A stretch of DNA of 62,003 bases, the filler included, from Hausera hauseri (Eukaryota): the NCBI GenBank assembly GCA_046269625.1. It is 10 parts of 10 records of this genome, joined end to end, with 100 filler letters (N's around TTAATTAATTAA, not from the genome) between each part and the next. Parts side by side here need not be neighbours in the genome. Positions count along the whole stretch, not along the records: positions 46,870 to 53,737 come from JBJURY010056774.1; positions 53,838 to 62,003 come from JBJURY010746542.1; 8 more parts are not named here. One strand, given 5' to 3'. Positions 51,401 through 62,003 of the stretch are shown in pieces. The notes beneath the pieces are model-generated. The model had not been told where the DNA came from. It worked only from the letters and a program-made list of their open reading frames with translations, and made no database searches. The first letter of the stretch is position 1; each line of letters starts with the position of its first letter. The position numbers and the translations under genes are program-made.

Positions 51401-53680
51401 GCATTTCTCAAAATTAATTTGCAGGTTGCTTTGATGCAATTTGTGAAAAATAATCCTAAGGTGCTCATGATGTTGTTGGATGGAGCTGGAAGCAACTAAT
51501 ATGTCATCTATGTATGGATGAGCAAAATAAAGACCAGAAATAACGGTGTCAATGTGGCGCTGAAAGGTCTGAGATGCACTACGTAGGCCGAAAGGCATGA
51601 AGTTGTATTCATAAAGGCCAAATGGTGTAATGACAGCAGTTTTTGGAATGTCATCAGGTGAAACAGGAATTTGCTGGTAGGCCTTGAACAAATCAATGGT
51701 AGAGTATGTATTGGTGTTATTAAGGCTATGGAGAATATCCTTAATGAATGGTAGTGAATAAACACCTGTAATAGTTAGGTTGTTTAATTGTCGATAGTCG
51801 CCACATGGCCTATGGGTACCATCTTTCTTTACCACTTAATGAAGAGGAGAAGCCCACGTGAATTCGATCTCCGAATGATGCCAGACCTTTCCAGTTTATT
51901 AAATTCCTGTTCCACAGCTTTACGTCTGCGTGGTGACAAGGGTCTGACCTTTTGTTTGATCGGCCTTTAATGCTCTGTAATAATGTGATGATAGGTTAAG
52001 AATAAGAGTTTGAAGTTGATTTAACTTTTAACTATGCGAAAGCATGATGTCGTGATGTACGATTTAAGATTGTAGTCTAGAGAAAGGAATGAATGAGGCA
52101 TATCATCAGAAAGAACAACTCCAATGATTGACGAAAGGTAACTGGCATTGCTACTGTCGACGCCTAATTTGGATTTTTGTTTTAGAATAGATTCATGATT
52201 GTCGTTCATAATTGAAGTATTACCGACTTTATCGGAAGTTTTTTATAGATTACGAAACATTCAACATGTTTACAGAGGAGTGCAATGAATGACTCGCTAA
52301 GTTGTGTACGAGACATATGTTTGGAGTGGCAATCGAGTTCCTACTTAAAAGACAGCCGTATTTGCAGTCGACCAATAGATCATGTGCGGCTGGAAAATCT
52401 GAGCTTATTGTGGGAGATTTAATGTTGGCTACGCGGAACTTCCAGACAAACTTATTTGGCAAGTTAACAAATGTAAAAGTCAATTCAATGGTTCCTGAAA
52501 CGTACAACGGTTGACCACTAGCAGTGAAAAACGGTGGACAGGAAATTATAGTGGATGTAGGAGTAAAGGACAAGGGAAGGAGTGAAAAAGCAGCTCCTGA
52601 GTCTATAAGTAAGTCGATATGTGAAGTATCTCTGCATAACAGCGCAGTTTTCAACAGAAAGACTACAGAGACGGTTTTAAAACGGCCAGAAGATTGAGCA
52701 ATATTGCCTACGACAATGTGCCGTAAAATCTGGCGGCATTATTAATTTTTTGAAGGATTTGGAGAAAAGGAAGAAGAGAAAAAAAGCGAGGAGATTTATC
52801 GTTGTAATGTTTACAACCGGGCACGCATGATCTAGCCTGTGACTGGTATTTGTTGTGGTATGTGCAAATAGGGTTGTCCACAGCGTACCGTTCGCTGTAA
52901 AACCAACAGCTCAAAAAGCATTTCCTAGCATCGCTTCAAAATTGCGTGTGATAAAAGCTAATCATACGTCCTCCAGGTGAAATGGATAGAGTAGAGTGTC
53001 TGGAAATGCTCCTCTTCCTTGAAGATCTTGTTTCACTTCGTCGAGGCCCATTAAGATTATTTAGTTGGGTAGTAATGGCCAAAATCGACTGAAGTAACTT
53101 GTCAAACTGTTGCTGCATTATTTGCAATTGTTGAGTAAAAAATGTTGGGCCTGTAGTTGGGGCACATGTGGTTTTAGCCGCAATAGAAAGAGAACTGTTG
53201 GTATGAAGAATCTCAAAGGATTTGTCAACTATTATTGCCAGTTTTTCGATAACAGTGGACTCGTCGACAACGGTGATTAAGGCTCTGATTGAGGTTGGCA
53301 AAGATGGCAAGAAATAACGGCGAATTAAATCCGCGTTATTCGTAGGTGTCATTCTTAGAGGGCTAAACTACAAAATGGCCGTTTGGAGAAAATAGGATGG
53401 CTTTTGGTTTCGTATCGCGTGGTCGCTAAAATACTTTTGTATTATATTTCCAATCGAAGGATCCGTGACATGCATTACAGCTTCACAGAGAGTCTCGTAA
53501 GGTGTCGAGGATTGGAGCAGCTCGAAGATGTTACTAATCTGCTGCTTGACGTTGGCAGGCAGAAGAACTTAAAGACTGTTGGCTTGCACAAAAGAATCAG
53601 TGGTGTTTTTTCTATTTTAGCCACTGTTGGTGGAATTAAAGCCATGTATTGTGCTCTGCTGTCCGATGGTTCTTAAAATT
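48490..53680 (-). mobile_element. CsRN1/Kabuki-type Gypsy gag-pol, degenerate
   Basis: Gag knuckle ICTYHNKY...ARSCVPGC; protease LIDSGA; RT PCGDYRQLN and YIDD; RH TTDAS, ELL, TDHK; IN TDQGPQFE, ANGLLER. Same family as 34038-37226. Confidence 0.92.
49799..50540 (-). mobile_element. LTR-derived insertion inside the integrase zinc-finger region
   Basis: Flanked by GCTGT direct repeats; starts TGTGG and matches the LTR at 46870-47029; absent at the equivalent site in the other copy (~35755). Confidence 0.65.
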
Positions 53681-53837
53681 GTCAAAAAATAGAATAATAT
53701 TAGGTTTGACCTGTATTTTTTGGTGCATGAGAAAACANNNNNNNNNNNNNNNNNNNNNNNNNNNNNNNNNNNNNNNNNNNNTTAATTAATTAANNNNNNN
53801 NNNNNNNNNNNNNNNNNNNNNNNNNNNNNNNNNNNNN

Positions 53838-55220
53838 ATGTGCCGATTAATAACATTGATATAACAAGCGTGCGGAAATGGAGAGGGATTTAGAATATCC
53901 GTAATTAAAACATTGCAACCGCAGATAAGAGAATTACGCGAAAGGATCCAGGTCGGACATGCGGCACTAATGAACTACGAGTTACCTGACACAGATAATG
54001 AAGCCAAGTGGGATGATTATCTATAAGGCCTAACCGAGCAAAGTCAAAGAACTCCAATACAAATTTATGAGTCACCTACTGGTGCACAGAAGATGAAATA
54101 TATCGTGCAAATGCTACTCGATCCTGCGCTAGATGAAAAGGAATTGAGTGGTGCATTGAAAGTAAACATAAGTGAAGAAAGGTTAAGGAAGTTAATTCCG
54201 ACTTTGACTAAGCTATCCAGTGAAAACACCGCCCACCGCGCTGTACTCAAGCTCTTAATAAGAGAGTACGCAAAGGTATTGAAAAATAAACATGAAGCAG
54301 AAATTAAAGTGAAAGTATCGTCTGAAGGAATGGATGATGAGGAATTTGAATGTACTAACTATACCACCGTTGGGGACATAAGACAACGGATAATGAATAA
54401 AGATGGTAGGGAAGAAGTTAATTACCGGCTCTATTTCAGAGGTAGGATAATAGATGAGCCAGAATTCTTAATAGACGTAAGGATAATACCACTCGAAGAA
54501 AACCGAATAATAGCAATAATCACCAGATAGCAAAGCAAAGATGAAGCCGTAAGAAAGGCACATACAGAGAATTGCGTTGGGAAAATCATGGGGATTCAAG
54601 ATGCCGCAATGTATTTCGAATACTTACAGACTGATGACGACAAACCGCAATACGATAAAAATTTAGTTCCTTTAAGAGAAACCGTACCACCTACAAAATC
54701 GAAACGACCGGTCGAAAGACCGAGAAAAACAAAAGAAATTGATTATAATGCAGACTTAATTAGGGAATTGAGACAACTATCCGTACCAACTCCAAGTTCA
54801 GATGATAATGAACTAATTAAGCTAATGAAAGACCTTATCAGGATAGTTAATTATACCGGACTCCAAGGCGACGTATTATGCGGAAAAGAAAGATTAATAC
54901 ATAATATAGCTTGGAAAATGAAGACGTCACGATTCAAATTAAGTAAAAGCACCCTCCCTGATAAAACGGTAATCGATAGAATCATGATAGACAATACGAT
55001 GGAAGAGTTAAGGAAAGTCTTGATATATTTGGCAGTAAGAACTAATCCTCTCCGAGAAAACGAATTCGACAGGACAATTGGGTTAGCTAGAAAAGCTGCA
55101 AGAAGGGTGCCTAAAGAAATAAAGTGGACTAAATTGTTTGAAAAAGAGGATAATACAAAACAGACTAATAAGTTAGAAGAAATGCTCCGAAATATCTCTC
55201 CGAACAAAGGAAACGAATCC
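53838..55220 (+). pseudogene. Upstream polyprotein segment containing a ubiquitin-like domain (54303-54527)
   Basis: Same frame as the glycoprotein start, with single stops at 54024 and 54528. IKVKV...TTVGDIRQRIMNKDG...YRLYFRGRIIDE...LIDVRI parallels ubiquitin TIENVKAKIQDKEG...QRLIFAGKQLED...LSDYNI. Confidence 0.7.
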
Positions 55221-57010
55221 AGTTGGTTAATCAACCTGCTAACGATAATGATGCTAGTAAAGCAGTTAGGAACAATTACCATATACGACTGTGATAAATT
55301 AATAGTGAGTCAGAAATATTCCTTGATAAACTTAGAAACAGGTGAAGATGCGAGGCTTCACAAGCTCCAGACAATAGAGATTAAATATATACTATATCAA
55401 CAACGTGAGTTAATCTCAATGGATGCAACAGAATGCACGATACATAGATCCCGTAGCGTGTTTCACTATGGTAATATGCACGGCCATTGTTCAATAATCA
55501 AACCTACCACACCATTGATACCAATGAACGTAGACATACAACATTGCTTAGGAGCCCGGTCAACCAGTAAAATGGTTTGGGACGGCATGGAATTGGAAGC
55601 CCAAGAAGGGAAGATAATCAGAGCTTACAAAGTGGCAGTGGGAAAATTGAACGTGCACACCGGTTATTGTGTCGGGGAAGAATATGACACAGGGAAGGGA
55701 ATAGAAGCAGGAATAGTAGTCGTAGATTTTTATGAAACCAAGCTAAGATCTTTAAGCGATGTTTCATAGTGTTACCAAACTATTTACCGAAAATCAGAAA
55801 TGTCACATTCATGATGGTGCTTGCACGTTCTGAAGTTCAGTTATCGTATGGAATCCATCCCCCAAGAAGAATTGTAATTTCATTAAAATCAGAGTTGAAA
55901 TTTAATGATACCACCGTGAAGCGTTATTCGAGCAAATAGGGAGGATATAATAGAACAATCCACACCGACGATACTAATATCAGATGTGCACGGGTTAAAA
56001 TTTATCAGAAAGAATATGCTATCGCGCTGCGATGTAGTTATGTATGCCATTAACTACGAAGCATTTTTTGTAGCAGAAAGAGAAATTGATATGACAACGT
56101 ATATTTTAAAAACACAAAATGTGCGGATCGACGATTACCTCAAAAACCAAGACGATTATTTCTATTACAAAGGGCAGACCGGGAAAGGTGAACTCTATCA
56201 CAAAATGATAACAAATGACTGCAGATAAGATATTGAAGTCATGAGAGCCAAACTGTCTTTAACTTACGCCAACCCAGAATTGGCATCACCGATTATACCA
56301 ATGAAAGAAGGTGTTTTTGGATGGGTTACCGGAGAAGTCCTATTAACCTACGAATGGGAGAAAAGAGACGTACCGATTAACGTAGAAGAGAAAATTTGCA
56401 TTCAAGAATTACCGGACATGTATAAGAATATGCCGAGACTAGCGATGCCACTTACCAGAGTATTATTGACAAACTCAACCGAACCAACAATACTGAAGGA
56501 ATGTAAAACGAGCTTAGGCGAACCAATCTTTAGTCGCAGTCGATCCGACTGGATAAGTCTACCAAATGGAGGTACGACTGCAGCTCCTAGTAAATTAACG
56601 GGGACAAATCTAATCAGAGGATTATCGGAAGACAAATTCGAAGATACAGCTAACAAAGGAATTTATAGGCCAAAGGACATAGAAGACTTTAGGCAATCTT
56701 TAGCATTTCCGCGATAGTGAACTTATAAACTGAATCGGGCCATGTCAATGGTCATGGATGACACCTGCTTTCAAGCGAAATGGGAATTGTTACTTGGTGC
56801 TAATCACTATCAAAGGGTAACTTCAGAAATATTGTACAAGATTTTGGGAAGATTTTTAATTTGCGGACAAGCCGCATCAGGATTATTAGCCATATACTTA
56901 TTAGTTTAGTTAATTAATGCAGTGATCCAAGCTATTATAAACGGATATGAAATATTTACTTGACAGGATTCTCTTGCAAAATTTTGACCGCAATTATCAC
57001 ACCCTTTCGA
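55221..57010 (+). pseudogene. env: Chuvirus (Jingchuvirales)-like class III fusion glycoprotein, degenerate
   Basis: Signal WLINLLTIMMLVKQLG then IYDC; ECTIHRSRSVFHYGNMHGH; TGYCVG; ELYHKMITNDC; TGEVLLTYE; CIQELP; PLTRVL; GIY...DIEDFRQSLAFP; membrane region GQAASGLLAIYLLV.LINAVIQAIING. All collinear with chuvirus-type G as recalled. Confidence 0.85.
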
Positions 57011-60000
57011 AAGATGCTTAAGGCCTACGAAAAAAATCGCTGGAAAAATGACGTAGAACGCCACGTCGGGTACTATAACCGCAAACGCCGAGGGAGGCCC
57101 TCTATTTTGTATAAACGTAAAAGTAAGACAACAGTAACACGAAAGGATCATTCAGATGATGACGAGCCTAAGGGAGGAGAAGTGAGATCTAGAATGAAGA
57201 AGCAAAAAATGTACTCAGTGATTAATGCGCCGTTACCTATCATGCCGCCAACAGCACCAATATATGAAGACTGCGACCGCAAATCAATCACATCATGCAG
57301 GTCAGAAATCTATCAAAAGCCCATTAATTATGAAGATCCTTATGAGAAGACAAAACAATATGGAGAACTATGGAAAATGAATGTTATCAACCAAGGACCT
57401 ACAGCAAACGACAATGGAATATTGTACTCAAAAAGAATACAGCGCCACATAGAATCGAAATCAACGATCTGGGAAAACCCGAAACTGTGTTCGATCTCGG
57501 GTTTACTATCTCAGGAACCGCTCATTGACAGTCACGTCAATGAGATGGCAAATAATAATTTATACCCAAACGGAAAATTAAGACAGTTAAGAGAAAATCT
57601 TTTCTCATTGCCAGAAATAACGATAAACGGATACAGAGTCTCTAGTATAAAACGGTCAAAGATAGCGTCAAATTCTTACGGAACAGTAGCAGAAGGGAGG
57701 CCTTTCGCCAAAATATACATCGAGAATTGAGAGGTGTACGCATTGATCGACACAGGATCAGAAAAATCATTTATAAAATATGAATTTATACAAACCACAC
57801 TGCGAGATCAGCTATGCTGGCCATTATTGTCAGATCCTGGTAGCGCAGGAGCATTTGGGCAAGTATCGAAACCGAAATTTAAATGGACTCCTATTTTTCA
57901 TATGATGGGCCAAGCACTCCAACATGAATTTGCCATAATGGACCAATTAACGGATAATGTAGTACTAGGTTGTGATATATTGAAACCGATACCAGGCATG
58001 ACAATCGATGTGCATAACGGAAAATTAATTGAGTTCGAACCAACAAAAGAAACAAAAGTAATAAAGGAAAGGAAATCGGGCGAAGTATGGATTCGGGTAG
58101 ATGAAGACATTCAGTCCAGAAACGAAATGGTAATTTTCGCACAAATTCGTCAAGACAAAGACCTACCAGTATATTTCGAACCTCAAGAGAATATCGATCC
58201 AAACCTTATGTTTAGAAATATTCTATGTAGATTAGTGATGGGACAAATACCTATCAAACTAGTAAACAATGCACCAATTCCCATAAGATTGCACGCTGAC
58301 ACTACTTTAGGTCACACTTGCAGAGTATTGGCAGTAACAATAGAAGAGAAACCATACAAGTGTGCTGAATTTCTACGTCATGTTAAAACCAAATTCTCTC
58401 CTGAGGCTTATTGCAAGTTCTACGAACTATTATGTAAGTACAGTTCAACAGTCGCACAAAATGAAGAAGACATCGGCAGAGCCAAAGCTCTACGAATAAC
58501 GATTCCATTAAGGAAGAAACCCGGCTTGAATGATGAAATCGGTCTAAAAGAACAAAAAATGTCCAAATGGTAACCACCTTTACATTCGTTGAGACCAGAA
58601 ATAACTAAAGAAGTAGAGCAAATGTTAAAGGCCGATATAATTCGACCAAACTACCGATCATGATACTCACCTATACTTATGGTTAAAAAAAACGGAACTA
58701 CAAAACATCGATTTTGTATAGATTATCGGGCATTGAACACACTGATGACGAAAGACTCGATTTCCATACCGTCAGTAAAAGAAGCTTTAGACAGACTCTC
58801 AGGAGCGAAATGGTTTACCACTCTCGACTTACAATCGGGATACTGGCAAGTGTAAATCGAAGAAGAAGATCTATATAAAGCAGCGTTTAAATCACACAAT
58901 GGCGTATACGAATTTAATGTTACGCCTTTCGGCATCACCACAGGACCAGCTGTTTTTGCGAGAATGTTTAATAAGATACTATGGGACTTGATCATTCATT
59001 GGCGTACTTAGACGACGTGATGATAGCATCAAGAACGGAGGAGGAACATTTAAAGGACATTGAGGATACACTCATGCGGCTAGAACAAACAGGGCTGAAA
59101 CTAAATCCAAAGAAATGTAAAAGGGCACAGAACGCAGTACCGTACCTCGTACACATAGTTGGAGAAGGAAGATCAAAACCAGACAAGTCACTGCTTGATA
59201 AAGTATCCGATTGTATGGAACCACAGAATGAAAAGAGTTAAGACACTGGTTAGCCCTATGTGGATATTACGCCCCTTACGTACCAGACAATTCAAAAATT
59301 AACGCGCCATTATATCGCCTACTCAAAAAACGAACTAAGTGGAAATGGTCAGAAGTGGAACACAAAGCGTTCGACGAAATGAAGAAAGTTTTGAGAAGCG
59401 AACCAGTTTTAAGATACATGGATTTTAATCTACCATTCATAATTAAAACAGATGCAAGTAAAGAAGGCGTAGGATACGAATTAGCTCAGAAACAAGAGGA
59501 CAAAGAATTAGAACATCCAGTAGCCTATGGAAGACGCCGGTTAAAGAAAGCGGAAAAGAATTATTCGGTTACCGAATTAGAAATGTTAGCCGTAAAAGAA
59601 GCATTACGACATTTTAACGTCTATGTCTATGGACAAAAGATTACCATAGTGACTGATCACAAAGCAGTTACAACATTGAAAGGACGAGATAATAATCCAA
59701 TATGTAGATTAAACCGTTGGATCGAAGAAATCTCACGATATAACATTGAATTTCAATACAAACCGGGTAATAAACACGTCGACGCCGACAAACTATCAAG
59801 ACTGAAGACAAAAACGAGTGCAATCACCACAATAAAAAAGTCACAACTCGAACAGTTAATTGAACGACAAAGTACTCTAATATTGGATAAGTCGATTAGG
59901 ATTACAGCTGAGCAAGCTAAAGACACGGTTATTCAGCAAATCATCGAGTTCATACAAAATGACAAAATTCCAAAAGGACGGCAACTGAAAAAGCATCTAC

Positions 60001-61180
60001 AGAAACACGGACATAAATATCGCGCATCGAAACAAGATAATACCCTATATTTCGAGCGGAAAGGAAGAAGACTAATAATTATTCCAAAAGGATTGCGTAT
60101 CTAAGTACTCATGGACAAACACGATTCATACTTATCCGGACACATGTCTTGGAAAAGGACATTTGAAAGGATATTAAATAAATATTACTGGCCAAGTATC
60201 TATATTTATGTAAAGAATTGGGTAGGAGTATGCGAAATTTGCGAAACAAAACAGAAAAAGACGAAAGGTTACGTAGCAGAATTAAAGCCCATAAATGTAC
60301 CAGATAGGCCCATGCAAGCCATGTCTATGGATATAGTAGGACCCTTGCCCAAGACTCACAAAAATAACAGATACATTCTGATATGCATGGACCGACTAAT
60401 GCACTTCGTCGAACTAGTGGCACTATTAGATAAAAAGGCAGAAACTTTAGCCAACGCAATGGTAAGAAAAATTATCTGCAGATATGGACCACCCAAATAG
60501 ATCTTAACAGACAGAGGAAGAAACTTCAAAAGCTAATTATTTGAAAAAATTACCAAGATATTCGAAGTCGAACGTTTAACTACTACGGTGTATCACTCCC
60601 AATATAATGGGATGGTCGAACGAATGAATGCAACAGTTATTCGGATATTATCAATAGTACTGGCAAAAGACCAAAAAGATTGGGACGAATTTCTAGAAGG
60701 AATACAATTCGCCATGAACACGACACCACATCCAGCAACAGGGTTTACACCGTTCTTTATGATGTATGGATGAGAAGCAATCTTACCTACAGATCTAGGT
60801 ATGACACCGTACGAAAGGAACATCGAGAAACTCGAGCAAAACTTTGCAGAAGTCTTATTGACAAGACTGCAAAGGTGTTGGGAAGTTGCAAAAACATTAT
60901 CGCTTGAATATGAGTAACAATTTAAAAAACGATATGATAAAAAAACTAAGCCTCATGATCTGGAAAGGGGAAATTGAGTTTATATACATTACCCGGTCGC
61001 AAAGAAAGATGCATCCTTGAAATTAACACGTACTGGGAGAGAACCTTACGAAATCACCCGCACAACGCCAACTACGGTCTTTATTAACAAAAATGGAAAA
61101 GAGGAAGTCGCATCGATCCAAAGAGTAGTTAAAACGGATATAGGACCAATTAAACACTACAATCTAAGACCGCAAGAAAA
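57011..61180 (+). mobile_element. pol: Glycoprotein cytoplasmic tail plus Ty3/Gypsy pol (PR-RT-RH-IN), degenerate
   Basis: ALIDTGS at ~57740-57760; RFCIDYRALN, LDLQSGYWQ, AYLDD; KTDAS, ELEMLAV, TDHK, DADKLSR; H..H...C..C, DIVGPLP, TDRG, GMVERMN. Confidence 0.95.
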
Positions 61181-62003
61181 TAAAACCTCTTCGATTGTCA
61201 CTAGACCAGTATCTTATGCACAGATAATAGTAGAATTATCATTGATTGCGGTTTTAACGCCCAAATCTAATGCGACCCATTAAAACAGATGCTAGAAGAA
61301 AATATAGCCAGTATAACGGGAAATCCAAAGGACAACTGTGTTCAAATAAACAAAAAAGGCGATTAATTAAGGGACGAGTAATTACAGTTCAATTCATTAA
61401 AGAGAACAAAGCAGATCCGGACCAACAGTACTGTCAAATTGACGTCAAACGACCGAAAATATGTTGCAAGTTACCCCAAAAATACAAATATAGGATTCAA
61501 TTAGACTTATATGAAGTTCGACTAAACCAGTCGAGTATTTATTTAGGAAGTTACCAGTTGGGAAATACAATCGGGCATGTTCCGCGGAAGATGACAAGTA
61601 GAATTACAAAAGCAAAGACTACTACTACTATATCCAGCAGAATCACTCCGACCAGTGGATTGTCTCAAAAGGAGCCAGAAATAATTACCATAAAATATTG
61701 GACACAACAACATGAAATACCGTTCTTGGTAGAAGAAGCACTTAATTATGATGTAGAAATAAACTGCCGAACAGAACATAATAATCAGAAGGTAACATTG
61801 GTTAAAGGCAGTCATCGAATCAATTGTATCTACTTGAAACCCAAAACTGACTATGTGATACAAATAAGTGCAGAAAATAGACAAAGCAAAACCTTTACGG
61901 TACGAACGTTAAAGGAGATCGTCTTAATGAAACCACTAATCGATGACGAAACGAAATGCGAAATCTCGACTACCGTTGAAACTGAAAAACTAACTAAAGG
62001 AAC
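61181..62003 (+). pseudogene. Post-integrase membrane protein (signal-like segment, Cys-rich unit, FN3-like domain), frameshifted and cut by window end
   Basis: YAQIIVELSLIAVL in frame with the IN tail; IASITGNP..NCVQI...YCQI....KICC aligns to 2795-3028; CIYLKPKTDYVIQISAEN is an FN3 C-terminal motif. Confidence 0.75.

Noticed and set aside
54528-54536. TAG-CAA as a programmed readthrough signal
   Set aside because: Does not fit UAG-CAR-YYA, and this copy has many random stops.

Overview
This is not one contiguous locus. It is ten short contigs joined by nine identical 100-nt artificial spacers (N44-TTAATTAATTAA-N44). The DNA is AT-rich and animal, probably invertebrate, and is dominated by mobile elements. 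Host genes: three spliced ALS2/alsin exons, a PTPN13/FRMPD2-like KIND+FERM gene with in-frame stops, an FGD-type FYVE exon and an ankyrin-repeat fragment. Ordinary elements: a degenerate Polinton/Maverick (pPolB, packaging ATPase, minor and major capsid, plus an unexpected TBP-like gene), CsRN1-type Gypsy copies (one nested in a piggyBac), LINE fragments and tRNA-derived SINEs. The standout is an unusual, virus-like Ty3/Gypsy lineage seen in four contigs (1-5271, 17019-21564, 39970-46769, 53838-62003). Pieced together by homology it has: a long LTR with a conserved ~52-aa ORF, a tRNA-Arg PBS and gag; a ubiquitin-like domain and a chuvirus-like class III fusion glycoprotein placed UPSTREAM of, and apparently fused to, PR-RT-RH-IN, with a PTAP motif in the glycoprotein tail; a second, FN3-containing type I membrane protein fused behind integrase; and a 3' ORF, preceded by a conserved splice acceptor, encoding a DEDDh (REX4/ISG20-like) exonuclease fold that lacks its catalytic residues. 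No single contig shows the whole element, and all domain calls are by-eye motif recognition rather than database results.
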